Shown piece by piece: positions 1-12,364 of a DNA stretch of 64,000 bases. The notes below the pieces were generated by a model, which searched no databases, had not been told where the DNA came from, and saw only the letters and a list, made by a program, of their open reading frames with translations. The position numbers were made by a program, and so were the translations under genes. Position 1 is the stretch's first letter. Each line of letters starts with the position of its first letter. The DNA is from Anthoceros angustus (taxonomy: Eukaryota > Plantae > Anthocerotophyta). The stretch lies in assembly GCA_010909165.1 (NCBI GenBank), contig VJWM01000118.1, forward strand, positions 620,001 through 684,000. Direction: 5' to 3'.

Positions 1-3000
1 AGTCATCTAGTGTCAAGGATGACACTATTTTGAGGGAATGTGGAGCCCTTATGTATATATGTGGGAAGATGAATGGCTTAGAAGTAGAGTTATTGTTGGA
101 CTCTGCTGCCACTCACAATTTTATAACTCCTCGCAAGGCGAAAGAGCTTGGGCTAGAATGGGCTAGTACTTCCGTGCCATATGGAATCAAGCAAGCTAAA
201 GGAACTCTGCTTTTCTTACGTGAATTGCATGGAGTAAAGCTGCAAATAGAAACGTGGGAAGGATACATGAGTTTCACGATTGTAGACATGGATGACCATG
301 ATGTTATCTTGGGTCTAGAGTGGATGAAATCCAATGAAGTGCGTGTAGATGTGAAGTCCCGCACCATTGAGATATTGAAGAATGGAAAGCACAAGGTGGT
401 TTGTGCTAATCTTAGTCAAGCTTGAGATGTGCTCGATGCAGTTGATTTCAAAAGAGAGCTCAAGCGGGACATAAGACAAAGAAGGAGCTTTATCTAGTTA
501 TGCTCCAGGATTAGAGGATGGTCTTGAGGAAGAATCCTCAGAACAGAAAGACATCCCGAAGGAATTACAAGTTGTCTTGGATGATTTTAAGGATTTGATG
601 CATGATGAATTGCCACCTTTACCGTCTCATAGAGTAGTAGATCATGAGATTGAATTGAGGCTGTGGAGTACGCCTCGTCGAGAGCACCATATAGATTGTC
701 GCAGGATGAGCTGCAGAACTCAAGCGACAACTATCCAACCGGCAAAGGGATATATCGAGTCTCTAAGTCTCCTTTGGTGCGCGGTATTGTTTACGCAAGA
801 AGAATGGAGGACTAAGGATGTGTTTAGATTACGAGCTCGAATCAAATTACGAAGAATGCATATCCTTTGCCAAGAATGGATGATATGTTTGATAGTTGAA
901 GGGTGCCAAGTATTTCACCAAGCTAGATCGATGGCGGGTACTATCGGATCGAATCGCAGAGGGACATGAGTACAAAAGCGACTTAGGACCGTATGGGGCT
1001 TTTGAATTTTGGTCATGCCATTTGGACTTACTAATGCACTGCCACATTTCAAACACTTATGAATACTATATTCATAGATCCGTGGACAAGTGTGTTGTAA
1101 TCTATCTGGATGACATTTTGATCTTTAGCCATACCTTGGAGGAACATCGAACACTTAAGAGAAGTGTTACAGCTAAGAGAGAATTCTTTGTTCTTGGCAA
1201 TTAAGAAGTGTGACTTGTCAAGACAGAGGTAGCTTTCTTAGGCTTTATTGTCTCTGATGGCATTAATGGTGAGGGCCATTCAAGATTGGCAACCTCCTAG
1301 GAACATTCATGAGGTTCGCTTTATGGGTTTGGCTTACGTATGGAGATTTGTACATATGTTTGCTAAGATAGCAGCCCCATAACGACCTCTTAAAGATGAC
1401 GAAAGCTTGGAAGTGGGATCTTTGAATGTCAAGATTGAATACTTGAAGATGAAATTGAGTACAACTCGGTTTTAGGAATGTATGATCCCAAGAAGGATGT
1501 GGAAGTGTCTGATGCCTCGGGCGTGGCCATAGGTGGAGTGTTGATGCAAGACCATAAGCCGATAGCTTTTGAGTCAAGGAAATTGCATCCTTATGAGTTG
1601 AAGTATACCACCTATGAGAAGGAAATGACTACTGTCATTCATTGTTTGAAGGTATCGAGACACTATCTCTTGGGCAGATCTTTTGTGCTCTATACTGATA
1701 CTATTAGCACAACATACTTCTCTAACCAATTGAAATTGAATGCAAGACTAACTAAATGGCAAGATTTCCTAGCTATGTATGATGTGACTCTCAAGTATAA
1801 ACCTGGAAAAGAGAATAAGGTTGCGGATGCGCTGAGTCACAAAAAGAGTCAGGAAGTAAAGGCAATGACAATGCTGGTTGAACCTATGGACACTCACAAA
1901 CAGATCAAGGAAGCATATCTGCAGGATCCGGATGTTCGTGGATTAATGGAATAGAGCGAGAAGGAAGCAAGTTCAAATTGAGGATGGTTTGTTGATATAC
2001 AAGCAGAGAGGAGGATTGTGATCCCAAATTCTTGAGTTGAAGAGCAAATTGCTTCTTGAATGTCATGATGTGCCAAGTGTCACCGTGGAATTGACCCCAC
2101 TTATGAGAAGCTAAGGTTTTATCGGCCGGAATGTATCAGATACGATGGATTATGTCAAGGCATGTGTTGTTTGTCGAAGATAAGGTGGAGCAAGCTAAAC
2201 CAAGAGGTTTGCTACATCTACCTATTCCAAGTGGACCTTGGAAGAGTATCTCTATGGATTTTATCATGCCTTTGCCACCCGAATGGTTGTACAGCTATCA
2301 TGACGGTGGATAGATTCACCAAACAAGCACATTTCATCCCTACAAAGAAGCGGTGGCGAGGTAGCCACTTGTTTAAGAAGTATATATACAAGTACCATGG
2401 CTTACCTATGCATTGTGAGTGAGGATCCAAGGTTCACGGAGAATTTTGGCAGCATTTGATGAAATGCTTGAATGTGGAATTATGTATGAGCACTTTCCAT
2501 CCGGATCGATGGCTCAACGAGCGAGTCAACCGAATCCAAGAAGAATACTTAAGGCATTATGCAGTTGATCGAGGATTGGGTGATCATCTAGACGATGCAA
2601 AATTTTGTTATAACAACACCGCATACTCTCTGGATGTAGTCCTTTTGAGATGGGAGGAAATTCGACCGGACGTGGTATCCATGCTAAATGCTGAAGTTTT
2701 CGATACTACCACTAGAGATCCACGATTCATTGAGCTTGAAGGCTAGGCATGAGATTGCCAAAGGAATTTTAGCCAAGGCTCAAGCACGTCGGAAGAAATA
2801 TCTTTGATAGGCACGGAGAAAGCTGTCTTCAACGTTGGGGATAAAGTATTGGTAAAATTGAAGCATTTCCCATTACCTTAAGGATTAACTCTTAAGTTAA
2901 GGCCAAGATATGGTGGTCCATTTGTAGTCTTGAAGCGCATTGGAGAAGTGGCTTACAAGTTATAGCTGCCTGAATGGATTTTTGCACACAATGTGTGTCA

Positions 3001-3858
3001 TGTATCACTATTGAAACCATTTGTGCGAGCAACATGGACAAGAAGAAAATGACAGTGTTCTCGCAAAGATAATCAAGGAATGGAAATTGAGGAATTCCTT
3101 GCGAGTAGCGTGCCTACAAAACGTGGAATCGTACCATATATGGTAAAGTTGCGTGGCATCTCAGATCCAGTTTGGGCAACGTTAGAGGATATTCGAGAAA
3201 GGATCTGGATGATCTCTCGTCGTTGGCTATCACGAGGATGTGATTCTTTTCGATGGGGAGAAAGTAAGCCTTGCATGAGAAGCATGCAACGGATCTAGTT
3301 AGTAAGTTGTAAGTAGTGGTGGTAAGACTTAGCTTAGGGCTTAAGGAAGAAAGTCCGCTTTTAGCGATTACTTTGGAAATGATGTAAGCCTCCCTATAAA
3401 AGGAGATGAGGCTAGCCCTAGAGAAGCATCTTATGATCCTAGCATGGGGAGCTACACTCTTGAGGATAGGACTTTGGTGCCTAGAGGCCTTGGGAGCCTA
3501 GAGTATGAGCATGTGTACAAGGATCCTAGCACTTGGGAGCTATACTCTTGTGATGATAGGACTTTGGTGCCTAGAGGCCTTGAGAGCCTAGAGTGTGAGC
3601 GTGCTAGAGGAGAGCTGTTGAGGAGGAGATCGAGGGGAGAGAGCTAAGCTCCTAACTTAGGCAAAAATGGGGAGCTCTCTCTGATCTCTCATATATTCTT
3701 GTTGACTCTTGCTAGAATAAATAGCAGTGCCAGACGTACTGACTGCGAGTCGTCTCGTGGAAGGACGGCGGGCTACTGGAGGCCTAGTGCTAGTGTTTGG
3801 TGATGTTTTTGTCGCTAACTGCGTGACTGCCCCACCTCGCTGAAATGGGGGTGTTACT
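1..3858 (+). mobile_element. Ty3/Gypsy LTR retrotransposon (chromovirus-like), 5' part outside window, frameshifted pol
   Basis: Gypsy domain order: protease LLDSAATHNF...DVILGLEW (30-425), RT with YLDDILIFS (577-1204), RNase H SDASGVAIGGVL...YEKEM (1478-1954), integrase WKSISMDFI / VDRFTKQAHF (2131-2746), GPF motif (~2915), chromodomain-like EIEEFL...YMVKLRG...W (3080-3298), then PPT and LTR. Confidence 0.92.
3263..3858 (+). repeat. Putative 3' LTR of the Gypsy element, with an internal ~87 bp tandem duplication (3435-3603)
   Basis: Follows purine tract GATGGGGAGAA (3252-3262). Contains CCTATAAAAGG (~3394) and ends GGGGGTGTTACT. The 5' LTR is not in the window to confirm it. Confidence 0.6.
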
Positions 3859-4759
3859 GACTAGGAGGATACAACCCTATTGAAGTTGCGCAGGTAATGT
3901 CCTCCAGATGGATTTTTCATAGGCTTCTTGTTTTCCGTTTCTCCGTTTCTTATATTCTGATGGCTTCATGTATAGCAAGCAGCTGAACTTGCAAAGTGCA
4001 TCAAGGAGTTGAAGAAGGAAGGTAGAGACCAGGAACGATAGCTCCAGGAGTCACCACTTAAATGCACTTCTGGTGGTTTCACAGTGGTGAAATGAGCTGC
4101 TGGAATACTGCACAGCCGGTTGGGAACTCCACCACGGTCATAGAGTGGTAGTGTCGACGTCTTTGTTTGATGTTTCGCAGTGTGATGCACTGCATCAGGC
4201 GTTGGAGTCACTCGCGCTCATACTTGCCATGGTTTTTGTCGCGTTCATTCCTTTGGGGAGCTCTTATGACACCACATAGGTATCTCCATAAATCCTTCGA
4301 GAGATGCTCCTTGCTGGCTCATCCTGTTTGATGTTCTCTTCCTCACAAAAAGTCACTGCATTTTGGCTTCAAGCTACATGCGTCATGAGAATTCTGGAGG
4401 GGAGTCCTAAAGTTGGGCAGACCCGCTTGGCCATATTTGCAAGGACGAATTTGCAAGGCTTGCAACACCAAATAGTTAAGCCACTCCACTTCCCTTCTTT
4501 CTGTAGGGTCGTCTGCTGATTAATCCTGCCAGTAGCCTGGTACAGGTCTTACAAAACATACAGAACTGATGTGCAACGTTCATTCCACAAGACCAGACTC
4601 AACTACTTTGGGCGTCAAGTAAGGGCATCCTTCGCTAATTCTCCCCCGGCCATGTAAGCACTCTCCAGATTGAACTCCTCAAACGGTCGTGACAGAAGAC
4701 AACAAAATTAACAACTTGGTTGCCAAAAATCACTCTTTAAACTGGCAGTCAGCATCCTG

Positions 4760-5230
4760 AAGGCGATCCTCCAAGGAACAGTCAGCGAAGCAGGTGTTAC
4801 AAATCAGCTTCAACAGTAAACTGCATAATGTCTGGAAGCTCCTTTCAGCTTTCCAGCCTTCCCAAGTCTGTCAATCATATGCAAGTATAGGTCACGACGT
4901 CTGGGGATATGCCCTGCTCCTCCATCATGGATAACAGCAGGCAAGCCTTGTGAGAATCTGCTGATCTGAGCAGAAGTGGGAGAATTGTGTTGTTGGTTAC
5001 AACATCCGGCGAGATTCCCTTGGCTTTCATGTCTTCAAACATGAAGAAAACATGCAGGGCTTCATTTAGCTTGACGAAACCAGCTATCAAAGACCACAAA
5101 GGACAGCATCGCAAGTGGCTGGATCCAGTTCGAAGCCAGTTCGTATCATGTCCAAGAGAAGGTAAAAGCAGTTTCTTGGCGTCGAGATATCCTACCAGCC
5201 TAAGTATTGCATCCCCAAGAAAATGCTGAA
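4760..5230 (-). pseudogene. P-class PPR gene remnant
   Basis: ORF 4875-5114 reads FEDMKAKGISPDVVTNNTIL...MMEEQGISPDVVTYTCI, followed by a stop and a GKAGKL-like continuation. Confidence 0.7.
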
Positions 5231-5292
5231 CACAAGGAAAGTTTGTTTTGTATCTAAATGTTAACTCAAATCACAGTCTGCAGTCTGCAGTC

Positions 5293-6446
5293 AAGCACAA
5301 TGTTTTATTGAACAACTTTGGATATCACGGATGTGATTGTGAGGACACATTTTTGTTGTGTATTTTGATAGCATCTGAATTCAGGGAATCCAGCTTGTGC
5401 TTGCGATTCCAAGACCTGCATTATATTCTGGGTTCGATAGTATCCAGTCATCCAAGAGAGCAGACGATCTGTTAAAGCAATTCCACAAAGATGAGCTGGC
5501 CTACAAAAAAAGCCTAGCACAAGGAAAAGTGGCTGCGCTCTCGACAGCAAGGCATCAAGAAAGAAGGTGGAAATACCCTATGAGTCCGATGGTTAGCGAC
5601 CACCTATGTATAGGTGTCCACTTCAGTAGGAAGCCACCATGGGAAAATGCATGAAGGGAGCACTATGTATGGGAGTCAACTTGAGTAGGAAGCGACCATG
5701 GGAAAAGGCCACTTCAGTAGTAACCCACCGTGGGAAAATATTTTGAAGCGACCACTACGTAGGAGGCCAGCATGGGAGAAGGCCACTTCTGAAGGAAGCC
5801 ACCATGGCAGAAGGCCACTTCTGGAGGAAGCCACCTGGGAAAATGTATGAAGCGATCACGCACGTATGAAGCCAACAATGGAAGCCATCAATGCGAAATC
5901 CTGAAAAGAAAAAGCAGTATTAACAGCCGATTACAGTATGGCACAATACCGGAGAATAATATGTCTGAGCCCAGATTCGAATTGTGGAGACTTGTACATA
6001 GCTTGTGGGACCAGAACAATTACCCACTAGGTGCACCGTCCAGCCTGCCATATTGTACATCGTGTTATAACCCATCAGTTTCAAAGTGTTGAATAGTAAA
6101 CGCTGTAACAAGGTCCCCTACATGTGCTCCACGGTTTTGGACCGTTTCTCAAGTCTTTGCTGACGAGGGCGCAGCTACTTTTCCTCGTGCTAGGCTCTTT
6201 GTAGTCTAGGACTCCAGCTTATCTTGAAGAGTTGCTTTGGCAGATCGTCTGCTCTCTTGGCTGACTGCTGACTGCTGACTGCTGACTGGACACTTATCAA
6301 ACCCATAATATAGTTCGGGTTTTGGAATCCTACGCATAAGCTGAACTCACTGAATTCAGATGCTATCAAAATACGTATGTCAACAAACATGTGTCTTCAC
6401 ATTCAGTTCTGTAACATCCAAACTTGGTCAACGAAACCTTGTGCTT
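5293..6446. repeat. Diverged inverted repeat, arms ~5293-5568 and ~6142-6446
   Basis: The reverse complement of the right arm matches the left arm, e.g. TATTTTGATAGCATCTGAATTCAG, CCAAGAGAGCAGACGATCTG and AGCCTAGCACRAGGAAAAGTRGCTGCGC. Confidence 0.85.
5575..6045 (-). mobile_element. tRNA-headed, SINE-like element with ~30 bp tandem-repeat body
   Basis: Minus-strand tRNA-like head at 5962-6045 (GGCTGGACGGTGC...TTCGAATCTGGGCTCAGACA), a T-run, then repeats of CATTTTCCCATGGTGGCTTCCTACTGAAGTGG-like units (5600-5850). Same architecture at 17693 and 25013. Confidence 0.55.
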
Positions 6447-7004
6447 TCCGGAAACAAATGGCGACAATAAGGGTTACTGTAGAGAAAGGGCAGGATGACG
6501 AAGTAGGCGGAGGTGTAGAGTGTAGACACTTCCTCCCCTTCTCCTAAGATATCCTTTCTGCGTATTGGCTCTGGCATCTCATCAACCTTCCATAATCGGC
6601 AGTCTGAAATTTGCCCTTTCTGTTAGATTATGATATGCAGACGGCACTATAGCTCTGGTATCTGATCTCAATCTCACTGATATCGTTTCGTCACTCTTCA
6701 CATAGGAGGTTAGGGCATAGCTCGACTTCGGGAATGTCAGCTGGAATGCAACCTGTAAGAAGCCAGCTTTGAACGATTTCTGTTCGTTCGGCAGACACAC
6801 CAGGGCGGATTCTCCAACACGAGTGACGGGCGACACCAGAAATCCATGTCCGACCACCTGCACCAGACCAGGTTGCACCAAGGTCTGCCGTGGTCAAGTG
6901 GTGGATTCTGCAGAAGCCACTGTTCAATTCACCCCCACCGTCCTGCTGAGTAGCAGATTGATTAGAGTGTGGACGGACGATCTCACGTCTTCCTATAAGC
7001 TGCA

Positions 7005-7457
7005 ATGGCTGCGATGAAGGCCGCGGTCACACTCCTGCTGTGCTGTGCTTCAATCCTGCTGCTTTCTGTGCAACATGCGGGAGCCGCAGGATTGAGCCGT
7101 GGTCTTCCAGCGGAAATCCACATCCACGATGTCCCAATCGTGACCAGGGCTCCAGGGCTAACGCTGAACGATCCGGCTGCGGAGCGCGCTTTCTTCGCCA
7201 AAGGATTACACCAAGGTGAAGGAAGAAGATTTCCGCGCGCTGCTGTCCCGGGCAGAGCACGCCAAAAGGGAAGAGAAAAACTCATTACAGCTCGCGCCTT
7301 GGATCATGCCATCATCTGCAACAAGATTGTGAAGGTGGAAACGGAAGCTGTCTTAGGAGCCATCTCTCACGATTCGCCGCCCGAGAAGGAGCACCTGAAA
7401 AAGATCAGAAAAAAAGTTGCCCTTGCCGGCAAGACTCGCAAGAATGCGCAAGCATAG
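7005..7457 (+). CDS. Small secreted protein of unknown function (may be spliced)
   Basis: ATG start, clear signal peptide MAAMKAAVTLLLCCASILLLSVQHAGA, GC-rich coding-like composition and a basic C-terminus. Confidence 0.55.
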   Translation: MAAMKAAVTLLLCCASILLLSVQHAGAAGLSRGLPAEIHIHDVPIVTRAPGLTLNDPAAERAFFAKGLHQGEGRRFPRAAVPGRARQKGREKLITARALDHAIICNKIVKVETEAVLGAISHDSPPEKEHLKKIRKKVALAGKTRKNAQA

Positions 7458-8037
7458 GAGGTGCGGTCTCTGGTTCTCCATCCGGTACCTATTAGGATTT
7501 CCATAATGAAAATAAACCTGGTGAATATGAGCGTGTTTTCTCAGTTTTGTGAAAACCTGGTGTTTGATTTCAAAGATGGTATTTTATCCACACATTAGTT
7601 GTAACAAGGGATGGATGATCTTTTATCTTATATTTTGAACCGATCATGAAGGTCTTTTAGAAGAATTATATAATAATAGAATGAAAGGTAAAGATTATAA
7701 CTTAATATTCTACTTAGGAATTTCTAGTCTAGTCAAGTCAAATCAATATAAAACGTGTCTAGGAAATAGATTTTGGGGTCCTAGAAGCTATGTTGAATTA
7801 GAATGGAAAATAGAGGTCACAATATAATAGTCTAGTTGGAAACTTTTAGAGAAGTATCTAGGTAACCCAGTACTAAGTAGATATTCTATAACCTACTTAT
7901 ATTATTCTTTTAACATATTTTTACAAATTATGAAAGAGAAATTTTAAATATTTTTAAGTCCTCTAGATTCATGTATGTCTAAATAATTGGTATGTGCTCA
8001 AAAAAACAAGTTGTTTCCAAGATTTGAAGACCACCTA

Positions 8038-8562
8038 TTAACTTGGAGTAGCAAACATGTACTCTAGGTAACAATTTTTCAAACGGATGAATGCTGTACC
8101 CGACCCTGGACATAATTCATCCAGTAGGCTGATCATCACATTCAAAAGACATTTCTTACATTGTTGTTCAGACTCCATCATTGAAGCTTGTGGATAACAA
8201 TCTACTACACCTGAAAATATATTTCCTTGCATCAAGTATTTGGGATCATATGTGTAAGGGAGATCATTAGGAAAGTAGAGAATTGCATTGTCGATCATAT
8301 CACTAACCATACTATGTAGAAAGATATTTTCATCCACATTTTTAGTAACTTTTGGTCCACAATTTAGTCCATTTACTTCAGAAGCAACTTCAGAAGCAAA
8401 TACGAGTACACGTTTAGGAGGAAATTTTACAATGTTTGGGCATGAGTTGATGAGTATACAAAATATTATCAACAGTAATTGTATATTTTTTAAATAACCC
8501 ATTATTATGTTAGTCGACTTTTCAAGAATAAACGTAGGTAGTCTATCTCCAAGAACCATCAT
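8038..8562 (-). CDS. Single-domain Gnk2/DUF26-like cysteine-rich secreted protein, copy 1 (true start probably the internal Met of MGYLK)
   Basis: Hydrophobic signal segment, then GVVDC-x12-CKKC...LC...FIRLKNCYLEY, resembling the DUF26 G-x-x-x-C...C-x2-C...CYLRY pattern. Paralogous to the two ORFs downstream. Confidence 0.7.
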   Translation of the reverse strand: MMVLGDRLPTFILEKSTNIIMGYLKNIQLLLIIFCILINSCPNIVKFPPKRVLVFASEVASEVNGLNCGPKVTKNVDENIFLHSMVSDMIDNAILYFPNDLPYTYDPKYLMQGNIFSGVVDCYPQASMMESEQQCKKCLLNVMISLLDELCPGSGTAFIRLKNCYLEYMFATPS

Positions 8563-10390
8563 GAAATTAAAAAAAAATCAAAATAGATAAATTATATGCG
8601 ACTTTTTAGAATGAGTCAGAGATAAGTCCAATATAGAGAAGAATCCCGCCTAGGACGGATCAGCGACATCACCCTTCATTACTATGCTAGGCTCACATCT
8701 ATTAGTTTATTGATTTTCCAATATATTGTTGTTTCCAAAGCAACTTAGAATCTACATTATAGAATGCTTCACTTTTGAATCTATTCCCTATTTTTCTTGG
8801 TAAGATCCCTTCATCAAACTTTATAAGCTATGAGCATCTCCAATTCGTCATAAGGTCATATAACACAATTTATAAAGGCAATAATTTTATTCTCCACTTA
8901 TTTCATCCCGCATATATGATCCTCAATTTCTCAAAGACCAAGTTAAAATAACAGTGTCATCCAAGCTTTTTATGAGCCCAAGAGCAAATTCTTAGGTCCA
9001 TAATAACAGTTCCTACACTTTTCACACCATGGTTATTCCATCTCTAACTTAAATGTGCCCTTGAATTTCTATGAGCATCTTCGAATCAAACATATTTTTT
9101 AATGTAACCTTACTCTCAATTATTTAAATCTCTAAGAGCTTTAGCACATGGTATATTATGTCTTATTAGGGAAATCAACTTGGAGATCAAAAGCTTTGTT
9201 TCTCTAGTATGCTATCACCGATTCTTACAAACTGCCAGTTCACCACCCGAGCTTGCATCCATTCAATTTCATAGTTTAGTTGAATGAACAATGTGCCAAC
9301 TGGACACTCCAAGTTGGACGGTCTAGTTTCAAGATTGAACTAAACTTTAAGGTGAATGTGACTCCCATATTGTGATTCCACAGATAGGCCATTGCAATGA
9401 ACTAAATTAAAATTACCCTGAGGCTACTTGCTTGAGATCCCGCAATGAATTGGCTAGGGTTGCTAGGTCCTCCTCAAGGTGGCTAAGATTCAACACCGAT
9501 CAAGGAGCCGTAGAGCTCGTCTACCATGAGCCCTCTCATAATAGACTTGAGATGGCTAGAGTGGTTTGCTCTCCTCACAAGATGGGCCTAACCAAACTAG
9601 GAATGCTGCCTTTTGGAACAGTTTGTAAGGGCGCTAGAATATAAAATATGTGAAAATTATAGTATTTCAATCTCATCTACCTATTGGGGTTGTTTTACCC
9701 AGGTTTAGAAACTAACTGATATCCAATCATGACATGTTGATGTCAAAAAATTGACCACCATACTAGATCCGGTTTGCTCCAATTCTGTGCCAAACCAAAT
9801 TAAGTGAACTGCCCTTTGGGAGTGGCAGTTTGTAAGGGCCCTATAAAGATTATAAAAAAAATATTATAGTTGTTCTCTCAAAAATTAGATTACAATGCCA
9901 ATGGTATTTGCCATAACCAGCTTATGCAAAAGTAGTCTATGTCATTATTAGGGATGTTCAAGAGTTGTAGATCCTTCTTTTACCATTCTCCAACTTGGCA
10001 TCCTTGTTTGGGCCTACCTATCACCGGTGCTGAAGAAGCCGCTAGTCCTGCGCACGTAGCCGTCCTATAAACTTGGATAAGGTGGTTTGGCAATTAATGT
10101 GATCATGAAGAAAATTATTTTGGAAAAATCATAATATGATCATTTATTTTATGTAGGCACATGGAAACAAAGTGTTTGCGTATTTTGATATATTAAAAAA
10201 AATTCTTATTGTCCAACTTTAGATGCACATACCAAAGAACGTCCCCCTCCTGCTCGGAATTGTACATCTAAATCCATGAGTTTGATCATTCTGGTTGAAA
10301 GATGAAAGACTGTGGAAATTGAAACATAATATGTACGCCTTAGTCGGGACAGGAACATTGCATATTTTTGGGGAAAAGATATACAAATTA

Positions 10391-10840
10391 TTATATCTCT
10401 GTTGAGCTTGAAAATATGTATGATAAGTAACAGTCCCGGACACGCACAACTGTTGTCTCTGAACCATTACACAAGTCATCCATTGCTTTGCTCATCAATC
10501 CAAGGAGACATTCTTTACATTGTTGATCATTTTGCATTGATGGAATTTTTGTATAGCAATCCACTGTTCCTTGAAAAGAATTTCCTTCCATTAAGTATAG
10601 TGGTTCATATGTATAAGGAAGACCATCTGGAAAGTAGGTTATTGCATTCTCAATCATGTCCATCACGAGACTGTGTAGGAAACTAACCTCAGTCGGATTA
10701 GCTTTAGGACCACAACTCCATACTGGTGCTCCTAAATCAGATTTTACAACCTCAATACTTGATTTCAAGAGTATATACCATATCATGGCCAATGCTTGTG
10801 TTCTTTTAGAGTACCTCATGTTTGGTAAAAATAAATGCAC
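10391..10840 (-). CDS. Gnk2/DUF26-like secreted protein, copy 2
   Basis: GTVDC-x12-CKEC...LC...VRVRDCYLSY. Shares YFPDGLPYTYEPLYLMEGN-like block with copies 1 and 3. Confidence 0.7.
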   Translation of the reverse strand: MHLFLPNMRYSKRTQALAMIWYILLKSSIEVVKSDLGAPVWSCGPKANPTEVSFLHSLVMDMIENAITYFPDGLPYTYEPLYLMEGNSFQGTVDCYTKIPSMQNDQQCKECLLGLMSKAMDDLCNGSETTVVRVRDCYLSYIFSSSTEI

Positions 10841-11956
10841 TCACATTATCCCATGATGTATGATTGAAAATTATTTTTTTCAAAAGCATTACAATAAGAA
10901 GAAGATTTATATTTATCCTCATGGAGTAGGATAGTATATGAGCATAGCGTTCCATCTTACTAGAATGTGAAAATGTGAAACTAGAACCACGAATCCACAA
11001 GTTTTACATGACTACAAGAACATTATTTATATTTTAAAATATGATATTTTTATTAAAAATATAAAAATATAATGCTAAGAAATATGTATCTTTTTTATGA
11101 TAGACTACCTTTTCAGGATTGAATTGCTAAGTTTTATTAAAATTTACAAAAATCGATTTAGACATACACAATTACATGTACATCCCACAAGGCACAAAGC
11201 TAGGGAAAAGGAATCCACAAGTTCAAACTACTGGTCTTTGCCAAGGCCTGCCATTCGCGTCATTATGGACTAGGGCTCCATCTTTCGTACTTTGTAGGCT
11301 TCTTCATATAATGAGGTATATATGGGTATATGAGTCCCAAACAATGATGCCAAGTTGGAGTTCTTGGTACCTCATAATAGAGAAGAGTAGGCCTCACATA
11401 GGTGGCAATCACAAGACCTCCTAATGAATTGTTTTAGCAAGGGATCTACATTCACAAAACGAGCATTGTGCTAGCATTGTGCCGGGTCGTGTTGGATCTT
11501 TTTCTCACTCTGCAATATGTAGATGGGGTCCCTTTTTCTCACTCTGCAATATGTAGATGGGGTCCCTTATTTCTGTTTAATACACTCAAAGACAGGATTA
11601 CATGTACAAAGTGAGTCTTCTTTCCACGTTGCAATATGTAGATGGCATCACTTATTTCATGATTAATACACTCAAAGACTGGATTGCATGTACCTTCGAA
11701 GAGAAACCATTAGGTTATTTTTTTATAATAACTATTACGTATCTATTGTAGAATAATTATTGCATCCTTTTTTCTTATTTAAAAATATATTATATATAAA
11801 ACACCTTTGAGTACTAAATTGTCTTGTCTAATTTTATATGGACATACCAAAGTGTGTGGCTCTAGTTTTAGACTATACGCCCATATTTATGAGTTTGATG
11901 ATTTATGTGATGAAAGACATCATACATTCTAGGGAAAAGATATAAAATTTATTAAG

Positions 11957-12364
11957 CTACGTTGGGGTAGAAAATACATATGCTATGTAACAATCACGTA
12001 CACCTATAATTACTAGTTTTGAATCCTTACATGAGTCCACCAATCGAAGCAAACATTCTTTACATTGTTGATCATCTTGCATCGATGGAATTCTTGGATA
12101 ACATCTTACTGTTCCTTGAAAAGAATTTCCTTCCATCAAGTATTTTGGTGCGTATGTATAAGGAAGATCATCTGGAAAGTAAGCTATTGCATTATCAATC
12201 ATGACGTTCACCATATTTTGTAAGAAAGCAATATTAGAAGGATCAACTTTAAGACCACAACTATGTAGTTGCACTCCTAAACTAGATTTTATGACCTGTG
12301 CACTTGAATTCAAGAGTATATACCATATGACCGCCCATATTTGTGCCTTTTTAAAGTAACTCAT
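11957..12364 (-). CDS. Gnk2/DUF26-like secreted protein, copy 3
   Basis: GTVRC-x12-CKEC...SC...GVRDCYIAY. Clear paralog of copy 2, including flanking DNA. Confidence 0.7.
   Translation of the reverse strand: MSYFKKAQIWAVIWYILLNSSAQVIKSSLGVQLHSCGLKVDPSNIAFLQNMVNVMIDNAIAYFPDDLPYTYAPKYLMEGNSFQGTVRCYPRIPSMQDDQQCKECLLRLVDSCKDSKLVIIGVRDCYIAYVFSTPT

Noticed and set aside
5600-5850. Short repeats with variable intervening sequence, superficially CRISPR-like
   Set aside because: The units are degenerate and adjacent with no unique constant-length spacers, there are no cas genes, and the context is eukaryotic. Treated as a minisatellite body.
8700-10100. Possible decayed transposon between Gnk2-like copies 1 and 2
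   Set aside because: No interpretable protein motif or terminal repeat could be identified.
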